A stretch of DNA of 64,000 nucleotides, taken from NCBI GenBank assembly GCA_965261345.1, contig OZ253449.1, positions 1,472,001 through 1,536,000 on the forward strand, written 5' to 3'. The notes under the pieces are model-generated. The model had not been told where the DNA came from. It worked only from the letters and a program-made list of their open reading frames with translations, and did not search any database. The translations under genes and the position numbers were made by a program. Shown here in pieces: positions 8,257 to 17,219 of this stretch. Within the stretch, counting starts at the first letter, position 1; each line of letters opens with the position of its first letter. This DNA is from Chloroflexota bacterium. Lineage in GTDB: Bacteria > Chloroflexota > UBA11872 > VXNJ01.

Positions 8257-9822
8257 TTGCTGAGCGTGACGCGCCGCTTTCGACTGGCGCGACTGCCGCT
8301 GCTGGCGGTAATCGCGGTCCTGTTAACGCCCCTCGGCTACCTCCTCCTTAGGGCCTTGGCTTCTGGCGCCGGTGGAGCGGCTCTGCTCCGCCCGCGCACT
8401 CTGGATCTACTAGTCGACACCGCCCTGCTGACCCTGCTGGTTGCCGCCCTCTCCGGGGCGATAGGCCTCCTGCTGGCCTGGCTGATCGGCCGCGCCGACC
8501 TGCGCTGGCGGCAGCTGTGGTTGGTATTGCTCACCGTCCCGGTGGTAATCCCGAGCTACGTGAGCGCGTTCTCGCTGATCGCGCTCACCTCACCACGCGG
8601 GGTGGCCCAGACCCTGCTCGGGCCGCTGTTTTCAGTCGACCAGCTACCGTCGATCTACGGACTGCCGGGCGCGGTGATCGCGCTCACCTCGATCTGCTAT
8701 CCGTTCGTGCTGCTCCCGGCGCTGGCCGCCTTTCATCGCTGCGACGTTCAGCTCGAGGACGCCGCCCGGGTCCTTGGCAGCGGGCCGGTCAACATCTTTC
8801 GACGGGTGGTCTTTCCGGCGGTGGTTCCCAGCGCCGCGGCCGGCGCGTTGATCGTGGCGCTGTATGCGATCGGAGATTTTGGGGCGGTCTCGCTGCTGGA
8901 CTACGATTCGATCGCCTCGGCCATCTACGCCCGCTACGAATATTCACTGGATCGGTCGGCGGCGGCCTGGTATTCGCTGCTGCTGGTCCTGGGGGCACTG
9001 GCGCTGGTCCTGCTGGAACGCGCCCGCCGCCCGCCGCCCGCCGGTTGGGACGCCCGCGCCGACCTGGCGCCGCCGCGCTACGTCGATCTTGGGCGCTGGC
9101 AGGCTCCGGCCTATGGATTTATGGGGGCGACCGTGCTGGTGGCCTTCGGGCTGCCGCTGAGCATGCTGGTCTACTGGGCAATTTCGGGAGCCAGCGCCGG
9201 GGTCGACATCCTGGCCCTGGCCCGCCTGGCGGCGGGTTCGCTGGCGGTCGCCCTGGCCGCCGCGGTCGCCTGCGCGATATTTGCCGGTCCGCTGGCCTGG
9301 CTCTGCCAGCGCCGGCCCGGTCCCTTGACCAGGGCGATCGAAACCGCCGCCGCGATCAACTACGCGATTCCGGGAATCGCCCTGGGGCTCGCCCTGGTGC
9401 TGCTGGCCAGCCGCGCCCTGCCCTTGGTCTACCAGTCTTTCTACCTGCTTGTATTCGCCTACGTGCTGCACAGCCTGCCGCTGGCGCTGGGTTCGCTGCG
9501 CACCAGCCTAAACCAGGTCGGCGAACAGCTCGAAGACGCCGCCCGGGTCCTGGGGCGCTCGCTGCCCATGGCGATCTGGCGGGTCACCCTGCCGCTGGTG
9601 CGACCGGGGCTGTTCGCCGGAGCGGGGCTGGTTTTTTTAGCCACCAGCAAGGAGCTGCCGATCACCCTGCTGCTGCGCCCGACCGGCTTTAAGACCCTGG
9701 CGATCGAGGTCTGGTCGGCCGCCGACGCCGGGGTCCTGGGTGCAGCCGGGTTGGCCGGACTACTACTACTACTACTTGCCCTCCCGCAGGTCGCGCTGCT
9801 GCTGTCGGGACTTCGGCGATGA
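8257..9822 (+). CDS. Fe(III) ABC transporter permease (FbpB-like)
   Basis: Two [12 protein letters not shown] loops, DFGAV, KELP; about 12 TM helices. Confidence 0.9.
   Translation: MLSVTRRFRLARLPLLAVIAVLLTPLGYLLLRALASGAGGAALLRPRTLDLLVDTALLTLLVAALSGAIGLLLAWLIGRADLRWRQLWLVLLTVPVVIPSYVSAFSLIALTSPRGVAQTLLGPLFSVDQLPSIYGLPGAVIALTSICYPFVLLPALAAFHRCDVQLEDAARVLGSGPVNIFRRVVFPAVVPSAAAGALIVALYAIGDFGAVSLLDYDSIASAIYARYEYSLDRSAAAWYSLLLVLGALALVLLERARRPPPAGWDARADLAPPRYVDLGRWQAPAYGFMGATVLVAFGLPLSMLVYWAISGASAGVDILALARLAAGSLAVALAAAVACAIFAGPLAWLCQRRPGPLTRAIETAAAINYAIPGIALGLALVLLASRALPLVYQSFYLLVFAYVLHSLPLALGSLRTSLNQVGEQLEDAARVLGRSLPMAIWRVTLPLVRPGLFAGAGLVFLATSKELPITLLLRPTGFKTLAIEVWSAADAGVLGAAGLAGLLLLLLALPQVALLLSGLRR
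9760..9774 (+). repeat. (CTA)5 trinucleotide repeat inside a poly-Leu run
   Basis: gga-cta-cta-cta-cta-cta-ctt, in frame in the permease. Confidence 0.8.
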
Positions 9823-10841
9823 TGGATGCGGCGGTGCTGTCGGCCCGTGGACTGTTCAAGTCCTTCGGTCGCGAACCGGTCATCCGGGGGATCGACCTGA
9901 CCCTGGCCCCGGGCGACTCGGTCTCGGTGATGGGCCCATCGGGTTGCGGTAAGACCACCCTGCTGCGTATCCTGGCCGGGCTGCTGCGCCCGGATGCGGG
10001 CACCGTCGCGGTGGGCGGACGCCCGGTCGAAGGCCCTTCGCTGCACGTTCCGCCGGAACGCCGCCGGGTGGTGTTGGTGTTTCAGGACCTGGCCCTTTTT
10101 CCGCACTTGACCGTCGCCCAGAATGCGGCCTTCGGGGTGCGCAAGGGTTCCAAGGTCTCGGTCCCCGACCTGCTCGAGCGGGTCTATCTGACCGGCCTTC
10201 AGGACCGCTTTCCGCACGAGCTCTCGGGCGGGCAGCGACAGCGCGCGGCCATCGTTCGAGCCCTGGCCTGCGAACCCGAACTGGTGCTGCTCGATGAACC
10301 GTTCGCAAATCTCGACGTGGCCCTGCGCCCGCGGGTTCGCTCCGAGGTAAGTCGGCTGCTCGCCGACGCCGGGGTGCCCAGCCTGCTTATGACCCACGAC
10401 CTGGCCGACGCCTTAGATTTTTCGCGCAAGCTGGCGGTCATCGTGCGCGGCCGGCTGGTCCAGTCGGGCACCCCCAGCGAGCTCTACCACAACCCGGTGA
10501 CCCCGGAGGTGGCCGGCTTGCTCGGGTCCATAAACCTGGTTCCGGCCGAGGCCCGCGGACCCGTCGCCGATTGCGAGTTCGGCCAGGTCTTTCTGGTGTC
10601 CGACCAGCGCGGCAAGGTCCTTTTGGCGCTGCGGCCGGAGTCGCTTACGGTGCAGCGCGCGCCGCTGGCCCGGGCCCGGGCCAGCGAAGTCGCGTTCGCC
10701 GGTGATCACACCGAGGTGCGGGTGCAGCTGCCCTCGGGTCGCACGATCGCAGCCTGGGCGGCTCCGGATTCAGGGATCGAGCCGGGCAACGGGGTCAAGA
10801 TCGCCTGCCCCCGCAAGGTGCCGGCGTTCCGGCTGGTGTAG
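9819..10841 (+). CDS. Fe(III) ABC transporter ATP-binding protein (FbpC-like, TOBE domain)
   Basis: [22 protein letters not shown]. Confidence 0.92.
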   Translation: MMDAAVLSARGLFKSFGREPVIRGIDLTLAPGDSVSVMGPSGCGKTTLLRILAGLLRPDAGTVAVGGRPVEGPSLHVPPERRRVVLVFQDLALFPHLTVAQNAAFGVRKGSKVSVPDLLERVYLTGLQDRFPHELSGGQRQRAAIVRALACEPELVLLDEPFANLDVALRPRVRSEVSRLLADAGVPSLLMTHDLADALDFSRKLAVIVRGRLVQSGTPSELYHNPVTPEVAGLLGSINLVPAEARGPVADCEFGQVFLVSDQRGKVLLALRPESLTVQRAPLARARASEVAFAGDHTEVRVQLPSGRTIAAWAAPDSGIEPGNGVKIACPRKVPAFRLV

Positions 10842-10852
10842 ACCGCCGGCCG

Positions 10853-12292
10853 CTAGGCGCCGGTCACCTGCCGGCCGCGGCGCAGGATTTCGGTAAGTTC
10901 ACCCTCCGACGGGCATTCTCCGTAGATCCGCAGCAGCGGTTCGGTGCCCGAGAACCGGATCAGCAGCCAGGATCCGTCGGCGAGGACATATTTGTAACCG
11001 TCGAAACTGAGCCGCTCAACGACATCCTGCCCGATCAGGCTGGCCGGTTCCCAGGAGTCGACCGAGCGCAGTATCTCGGCCCGGCGGCGCGAGTCGAATT
11101 CGATGTCGATCCGGGAGTAGTGGTAGCGGCGACCGAGTAAGTCAAAGAGCTGTTCCACCAGCTCGGTGGGTTTGGCGTTAAGCCGTTGCATCAGTTGTAG
11201 GAAAGCCAACCCGGAATAGATCCCGTCGCGCTCGGGCATGTGGCGAGCGATCACGTAACCGCCGCTCTCCTCGCCACCCAACGCCGCACCGACCTCAACC
11301 ATCTTGGGCGCCACGAATTTCATCCCCACCCCGGTTTCGTATACCGCCTGGGAGTGGATCTGGCCCAGCCGGTCAAGCATCGCCGAGGTGGTCACGGTTT
11401 TTACCAGCGGTCCGGCGGTGGCCGGATCCCGCAGGATCCCCCAGGCCAGCAGCGACATCACCCGCAGCTGGTCGACGAACCGACCCTGTTCGTCAACGAT
11501 TCCCAAGCGGTCGGCGTCGCCGTCGTTGAGGATCCCCACCGCCGCCGCGCAGTCTCGCACCGCATCCTGGCCGGCCTGGCAGTGGGGCGGAATTGGCTCG
11601 GGGCGGGCAAGCCCGGGAAAATTCGGATTGTGTTCACTGCGGACCTCGATCAAGTCCGGTTTGACGCCGGCTTGGGCGAAGGCGCGGGCGAGGTATCCGG
11701 CCCCGGACCCGAACATCGAATCGACCACAATCTTGCCGGTACCAGCCAGCGCTGCGAGGTCGAAATGCTCAGTTAGCTGGGCCAGGTAACCCGGAGCCGC
11801 GTCGAAGTAGGTCAGTCGGCCCGAAGACTGGGCCTCAGATAGGGAGGTGAGCTGAAAATCGCCGGCCCGCCGGGCAATATTCTGCTCGATCGCCGAAGTC
11901 TGTTCGGGCCCCAGCGCCGCCCCGGTGCCGTCACGCAGCTTGATTCCGTTGTCGGCCGGCGGGTTGTGCGAGGCGGTGACAATGACCGCCCCGGCGGCCG
12001 GCAAGCGGCCGGCGGCAAAGGCGATCGCCGGAGTGGGGCTGGGATCCGAGGTGATGGCGCAATCGATCCCGTTGGCGGAGAGCACCTGGCCGAACCGCTC
12101 GGCGAACTGGGCCGAACCGAAGCGCCGATCGTAGCCAATTACGATCGGATGCGCCAGATTCCAGGCGTCCTTGGCGTAATCGGCCAATCCCTGGGCCACG
12201 CGAGCCACGTTGTAGAACGTGTAATCTCCCGCTATCTGGGCCCGCCACCCGTCGGTGCCAAATGAAATCGGGTCGATTGCCGGTGCGCTCAA
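10853..12292 (-). CDS. Phosphoglucomutase/phosphomannomutase family protein
   Basis: FGTDGWR, TASHNP, DGDADR, GEESGG, RFSGTEP. Confidence 0.95.
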   Translation of the reverse strand: MSAPAIDPISFGTDGWRAQIAGDYTFYNVARVAQGLADYAKDAWNLAHPIVIGYDRRFGSAQFAERFGQVLSANGIDCAITSDPSPTPAIAFAAGRLPAAGAVIVTASHNPPADNGIKLRDGTGAALGPEQTSAIEQNIARRAGDFQLTSLSEAQSSGRLTYFDAAPGYLAQLTEHFDLAALAGTGKIVVDSMFGSGAGYLARAFAQAGVKPDLIEVRSEHNPNFPGLARPEPIPPHCQAGQDAVRDCAAAVGILNDGDADRLGIVDEQGRFVDQLRVMSLLAWGILRDPATAGPLVKTVTTSAMLDRLGQIHSQAVYETGVGMKFVAPKMVEVGAALGGEESGGYVIARHMPERDGIYSGLAFLQLMQRLNAKPTELVEQLFDLLGRRYHYSRIDIEFDSRRRAEILRSVDSWEPASLIGQDVVERLSFDGYKYVLADGSWLLIRFSGTEPLLRIYGECPSEGELTEILRRGRQVTGA

Positions 12293-12305
12293 AGTTTGTA
12301 GTCCT

Positions 12306-13265
12306 TTACTGCTGCGATTGGGCCTCCGCCGGCCCGGGCAGGTTGTTTAGTTCATAGTCGATTGAATCGGCAATGCTCTGCTCGAGTTCGATTACGGGCG
12401 CCCAGCCGCATTCGGTGGCAATCTTGGCGTTGCTGCCCTCCAGGTAGGGGAGCGAGCCGCCGCCGGCGCGGGAGGTAATTTCCAACCGGCAGCCGGCATG
12501 GGCGGCAAAGCGGTCGACTAAGTCGGTAATGGCGATCGCCCGGCCCGAGCAGACGTTGTAGGCCTGCCCCGGGCGCCCGCGGGAAACGATCGCTCGGTAA
12601 GCTCCCACCACGTCCCTAACGTCGCAGTAGTCGCGCCAGTCCGACAGGTCGCCCAGGGAAAGCGCAGGCCGCTCCCGGCCGGTGGCGATTCGGGCAATCT
12701 GGCGGGCCAGCTTGCCGGGCAGGAAATCAGGGCTTTGGCCCGGACCGAGATGGTTGAAGGGCCGCGCCACAAGCACCTCCAGGCCTGATCCGGGCCGACC
12801 CCTAACGGCCAGTTCGCCGGCCAACTTGGTAGCCGCGTAGCAGTCGCGCGGGGCCGGCGGAAAGCATTCGTCAAGCGGGCAGGCCGAGCGCTCGACCTGG
12901 CCATAGACGGCGGCGCTCGAGACGAACAGCAGCCGCGATCCGGCCGCGTGGGTCGAGAGCGAATCGAGCAGGTTGAGGGTCCCGATCAGGTTTACCTCCC
13001 AGGCCAGCCGCTGGTCCTGCGCCGCCCGCTGCGGGGCCGCGACGGCGGCCAGATGGTAGGTCACCGTCGGGCGCACCCGCCGGATCGCCGCCTCCAGGGC
13101 CGGGCGATCGGTAATGTCGCAGGGCAGATTACCGCTAGCGCCGCGGTCGGCGGGGGCCAGGCCAAGCCCGACCACGCTCTGGCCAGCGCGGCGCAGATCG
13201 GCCACCAAGCATCGCCCGGCAAAACCGCTGGCGCCGGTTACCAGTACCGGCCCGGCCAAGGGCAC
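12306..13265 (-). CDS. Extended SDR, GDP-6-deoxy-D-mannose reductase (Rmd) / GDP-mannose dehydratase family
   Basis: TGASGFAG, YAATK, RPFNHLGPGQ, RDYCDVRDVV. Confidence 0.85.
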   Translation of the reverse strand: MPLAGPVLVTGASGFAGRCLVADLRRAGQSVVGLGLAPADRGASGNLPCDITDRPALEAAIRRVRPTVTYHLAAVAAPQRAAQDQRLAWEVNLIGTLNLLDSLSTHAAGSRLLFVSSAAVYGQVERSACPLDECFPPAPRDCYAATKLAGELAVRGRPGSGLEVLVARPFNHLGPGQSPDFLPGKLARQIARIATGRERPALSLGDLSDWRDYCDVRDVVGAYRAIVSRGRPGQAYNVCSGRAIAITDLVDRFAAHAGCRLEITSRAGGGSLPYLEGSNAKIATECGWAPVIELEQSIADSIDYELNNLPGPAEAQSQQ

Positions 13266-13283
13266 CGGCCCCGCCTTAGGAAG

Positions 13284-13790
13284 CTATTCCAGAGTTATGA
13301 ATTCGCTAGCTACCCAGCCGCCATTGGTCAGTTCGAGCCAGGTGAAGGTCGCGCCCACGGTTTCGTTACCGGTAAGTGAGACGGTCGAACCGTCGGTGAG
13401 GGTTTCTAGGATCTCACTGTCGAGCGAGGCTTCGGTGCGCACGTTGAGGGTGCCGCCATCGGTCGCCACCGTCCCGGACTGCAGCGGGCCGGGGACGCCG
13501 CTATCCGGCGATGCTCGCGGGGTCGGGGTCGGTATGACGATGGTCTGGGTCGGCAGCGGAGTGGGTTCGGGAGTTACCGTAACGATCACCGGCGGCGCGG
13601 TGGCCGGCAGGTCATCGATCTGCGACTGCAGGTCCATGACCGTCAGTTCGATGGCCGCCACCCGCTCATCGAGCAAGGAATCGGTCGCCGGCGCCTCGAC
13701 CTCCTGGTCGCAGGCTGCCAGCAGCCCGACCGCGAGCGCGCAGCCGAGTAGGACCGCAACCATCCGGCCGCGGGTTGAGTTGAAATTCAT
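13284..13790 (-). CDS. SH3-domain lipoprotein
   Basis: LAAC lipobox, PT-rich linker, LNVR...W...GWV bacterial SH3 pattern. Confidence 0.8.
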   Translation of the reverse strand: MNFNSTRGRMVAVLLGCALAVGLLAACDQEVEAPATDSLLDERVAAIELTVMDLQSQIDDLPATAPPVIVTVTPEPTPLPTQTIVIPTPTPRASPDSGVPGPLQSGTVATDGGTLNVRTEASLDSEILETLTDGSTVSLTGNETVGATFTWLELTNGGWVASEFITLE

Positions 13791-14452
13791 CGCGTGGCTC
13801 CTTCGAGCAGAGATTTGAGGCGCAGAACGCCTTGATGCGGGCTCGAAAGCACGCGGTTGGAAACGTCATCGGAAAGATTGGCGATCGCCCCAGTCATTGA
13901 ATACTGGGCCAGCATTACCACGTCGCAATCCCGGGCCAGTTCGCTTGCCGCCTCCGCCACCAGCCGATCGGCGCGGTCCTTGTCGCCGGCCTTGAGCGCG
14001 GCAAAGGCCGGCTCACAGAGCCTGCCTTGGACGGTGATCGCCCGGCCGTGGGCGGCATTCTGCAGCGCCTGCTCGGCGGTGACCAATGCCGAGGGCACGG
14101 TGGCCACGACCCCGATCCGACGGCCGCGGGCCAAGGCCTCGTCGACCAGCGCATCGTCAGCGCGCAGGAAGGGAACCTCCACCAGGTCCTGGAACCCGGC
14201 CGCGGCCGGACCAAAACTCGAACAGGTCAATAGCACCGCGTCGGCTCCGGCGCTCTGCCCATAGCGGACCAGGTTGGCCAGGCGCGCCAGCAGCGGCTCG
14301 GTCACCTCGCCGTTGGCGGCGGCCAGATCACCAAGTAGCGAATCGTCCAAAATGTTGGACAGTTCAGCTTCCGGATAAATCTCGGCAAAGGCGCTATTGA
14401 TGGGTTCGACGGCCAGGTCGGTGGCATGAACCAGGGCTACTCGGGCGGCCAA
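13787..14452 (-). CDS. Asp/Glu/hydantoin racemase family protein
   Basis: NILDDSLL, LTCSSF, LAQYSM, VLSSP; TTG start after a GAAGGA RBS. Confidence 0.8.
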   Translation of the reverse strand: MAARVALVHATDLAVEPINSAFAEIYPEAELSNILDDSLLGDLAAANGEVTEPLLARLANLVRYGQSAGADAVLLTCSSFGPAAAGFQDLVEVPFLRADDALVDEALARGRRIGVVATVPSALVTAEQALQNAAHGRAITVQGRLCEPAFAALKAGDKDRADRLVAEAASELARDCDVVMLAQYSMTGAIANLSDDVSNRVLSSPHQGVLRLKSLLEGATR

Positions 14453-14549
14453 GGCAATCCTTCGGTTTGGGCGGCCCACCACGAGGGCGGGTCAAAGGGT
14501 CCTGCAAATTCTATTTGCCGGCCCAACCGGGCCGGTTGGAGGGCGTCCG

Positions 14550-15461
14550 ATCGCCGGTCCTAGACCGCTCGGCGCACACGTCTCGGCCACCATCCGGAAC
14601 AATTTCGGGCTGGACCGGATGGCCGAGCTCGATATTGGCTGCGCCCAGATTTTCGGCTCCAACAAGATGCAGTGGCGGCCGCGCAAATTTAACCCCCAGC
14701 AGGTGGCCGACTATCGTCGGGTGGCGGCCGCGGCCGGCCGCGGGCCGGTCTTTTCACACGGAATCTACCTGGCCAATTTCGGTGCCCGCGACGCCAACCC
14801 TCCGGTCTGGCAGAAATCGATTGCGGCCACGATCGCCGGGCTGGAGATCTGCGACCGGCTGGGATTGGCCGGGCTTATCGTCCATCTGGGCAGCAACTAC
14901 GGTCGGGGACTTGCCGGCGTATTCGACTCGGTTGTATGTGCCCTCGACCAGGTCCTGGCGGCCCACCGCGGAACGGCCAAATTGATCCTGGAAAACTCGG
15001 CCGGATCGGAACGGATCATCGGCGGCCGGCTGGCCGAGCTGGGCCAGATAATGGCCGGACTCAAGTCGTCGTCCAAGGTCGCGATCTGCATCGATACCGC
15101 CCATGCGTTCGCCTTCGGCTACGACCTGCGGAAGGATGCCGGGGTCGCCTCCCTGGCCAACGACTTAGAGCAGCACATCGGCGCTGAAAACCTTGCGGTA
15201 ATGCACGTTAACGACTCCAAGGCCGAGTGCCTCTCGCTGCGCGATCGCCACGCCAACCTGGGCGAGGGCCACATCGGCTTGGAGGGAATATCCAAGACGG
15301 TCCGGCACCCACTCTTTGCCAATGCCCCGCTGGTCCTGGAAACGCCCGGGTTTGCCGACGAGGGCCCGGATGCGGCCAATCTGGCCCTTTTGGCGATAGC
15401 TGCCGGGCAGGGCGACGGCGATCCCGCGGAGATCATCGCCCAGGCTCGGGCCGCCGATTAG
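14550..15461 (+). CDS. nfo: Endonuclease IV
   Basis: LGAHVS, HGIYLAN, LENSAG, CIDTAH, HVNDSK, DRHANLG, LETP. The conserved N-terminus lies upstream of the first ATG (14619); probable ATC start at 14550 after GGAGGG. Confidence 0.92.
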   Translation: MAGPRPLGAHVSATIRNNFGLDRMAELDIGCAQIFGSNKMQWRPRKFNPQQVADYRRVAAAAGRGPVFSHGIYLANFGARDANPPVWQKSIAATIAGLEICDRLGLAGLIVHLGSNYGRGLAGVFDSVVCALDQVLAAHRGTAKLILENSAGSERIIGGRLAELGQIMAGLKSSSKVAICIDTAHAFAFGYDLRKDAGVASLANDLEQHIGAENLAVMHVNDSKAECLSLRDRHANLGEGHIGLEGISKTVRHPLFANAPLVLETPGFADEGPDAANLALLAIAAGQGDGDPAEIIAQARAAD

Positions 15462-15553
15462 GCCCCCCGCCAGTCCGGGCCAATCTCGGGATAATGCTAA
15501 AATCGCCTCTGTTTTGCCCCCCTTGGCCAAGCTGTAGTCACTGGTATTTATAG

Positions 15554-15757
15554 ATGCCGAAAATGAAGACTCGCAAAGCTGCCGCCAAGCGCATCCGGGT
15601 CACCCGCAACGGCAAGATGCTCCACGCCAAAGGCACTGCCGGGCACCTGCGCGGCAAGAAGAGTTATCGCGCCCGCAAGGCCAAACACGTCCCGCGCCAT
15701 CTCTCGCCGGCCTTTGTCAAGCGCGTGCGGGCAATGCTCAACCCAAAATCCCTCTAG
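15554..15757 (+). CDS. rpmI: 50S ribosomal protein L35
   Basis: MPKMKTRKAAAKR...HLRGKK. Confidence 0.97.
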   Translation: MPKMKTRKAAAKRIRVTRNGKMLHAKGTAGHLRGKKSYRARKAKHVPRHLSPAFVKRVRAMLNPKSL

Positions 15758-15777
15758 TTAACTAGCGCCCTCCCCCA

Positions 15778-16137
15778 ATGGCCAGAGCCACCAACGCGGT
15801 CGCCCGCCACCGCCGTCACCGCAAATTAATAAAGCTCGGCAAGGGTCGCTACGGCGCCCGCCACCGCCTTTTCCGGGTTGCCAAGGAAGCCGAGCGCCAC
15901 GCCCAGGATTACGCCTACATCGGGCGGCGGCTGCGCAAGCGCGACATGCGCCGTCTCTGGATCATGCGCATCAACGCCGCCGCACGCGCCAACGGCCTCC
16001 CCTACGGGCGCTTTATCGCCGGTCTGCGCAAGGCCGAAATCGTAGTTGACCGAAAGGTCTTAGCCGAGTTGGCGGTCTCCCACCCGGAGGTGTTTGCGGT
16101 ACTTTGCAGTTCGGCGGCCAAGGCGCTAGCGGCCTAA
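15778..16137 (+). CDS. rplT: 50S ribosomal protein L20
   Basis: RKRDMRRLWIMRINAAAR, DRKVLAELAV. Confidence 0.97.
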   Translation: MARATNAVARHRRHRKLIKLGKGRYGARHRLFRVAKEAERHAQDYAYIGRRLRKRDMRRLWIMRINAAARANGLPYGRFIAGLRKAEIVVDRKVLAELAVSHPEVFAVLCSSAAKALAA

Positions 16138-16174
16138 TCGGCCGCGGCCGAACCTGGCCACCCGCCGACCCGCA

Positions 16175-17191
16175 ATGCAAGCCCAGATCCAGGAGCTGGT
16201 GGAACGCGCCAACGCCGAACTGGCCGCCGCCGGGCTCGACCAGCTTGAGGAGTGGCGCCAGCAGTTCTTGGGGCGCTCGGGCGAACTGACCCTGGCGCTG
16301 CGCCAGATCGGCCGGTTGCCGCCCGACCAGCGTCCGGCCGCCGGGGCGGCCGGCAACGCCGCCCGGGCCAGGCTCACGACCCTGCTCGAAGACCGCCGCG
16401 GCGAGCTCGCCAGCGCTGATCTGGGGCCGCTCGACGTGACCATGCCCGGGATCTCACCGAGGACCGGCGCCCTGCACCCGATCACCGCCACGATCAATGA
16501 AATCTGCCAGGTACTGGCGCGGATCGGATTCCGCCGGGTTTCCAGTCGCGAGGTCGAATCGGAGAGTTACAACTTCTCCAAGCTCAACATCCCGGCCGAT
16601 CACCCCGCCCGCGACATGTGGGACACGTTTTTTATCGACGCTCCCGCCTTCGCCGACGGGATGCTGCTGCGAACCCACACCTCGCCGGCGCAAGCGCGGG
16701 TCATGGAGCAGGTCGATCCCCCGGTGCGGATCATCGTCCCCGGCAAGGCCTTTCGCTACGAGGACGTCGACGCTAGCCACGAGGCGATGTTTCACCAGAT
16801 CGAGGGCCTGGCGATCGATTCGGCGATCACCATGGCGGATCTGCGCGGGACGCTGGAGTTTCTGGTGCGCTCGCTCTTTGGCCAACAACGGAAGCTGCGA
16901 ATCCGCGGGAGCTACTTTCCCTTCACCGAGCCCTCCTGCGAGGCCGACATGTCCTGCCCCTTCTGCCGCCAAAAGGGCTGCCGGGTGTGCGGACGGACTG
17001 GTTGGGTGGAACTGCTCGGCGCCGGCATGGTTCACCCCGACGTGTTGGCCAACGTTGGTTACGATCCCGAGCGCTACTGCGGTTTCGCCTTCGGAATGGG
17101 GGTCGAACGGATCGCCATGATCCGCCATGGGATCGACGATATCCGCAATTTCTATCGCAACGATCTGCGCTTCCTGGGCCAGTTCGTGTGA
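16175..17191 (+). CDS. pheS: Phenylalanine-tRNA ligase alpha subunit
   Basis: HPARDMWDTF, LRTHTS, YFPFTEP, GFAFGMGVER. Confidence 0.98.
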   Translation: MQAQIQELVERANAELAAAGLDQLEEWRQQFLGRSGELTLALRQIGRLPPDQRPAAGAAGNAARARLTTLLEDRRGELASADLGPLDVTMPGISPRTGALHPITATINEICQVLARIGFRRVSSREVESESYNFSKLNIPADHPARDMWDTFFIDAPAFADGMLLRTHTSPAQARVMEQVDPPVRIIVPGKAFRYEDVDASHEAMFHQIEGLAIDSAITMADLRGTLEFLVRSLFGQQRKLRIRGSYFPFTEPSCEADMSCPFCRQKGCRVCGRTGWVELLGAGMVHPDVLANVGYDPERYCGFAFGMGVERIAMIRHGIDDIRNFYRNDLRFLGQFV

Positions 17192-17219
17192 AGTCGTTGG
17201 GCACTTTAAGGAACCCCTG

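Noticed and set aside
13787-14452. Racemase-family protein missing its second catalytic Cys (LAQYSM)
   Set aside because: As far as I recall this substitution is typical of the subfamily, so it is not specific to this locus.
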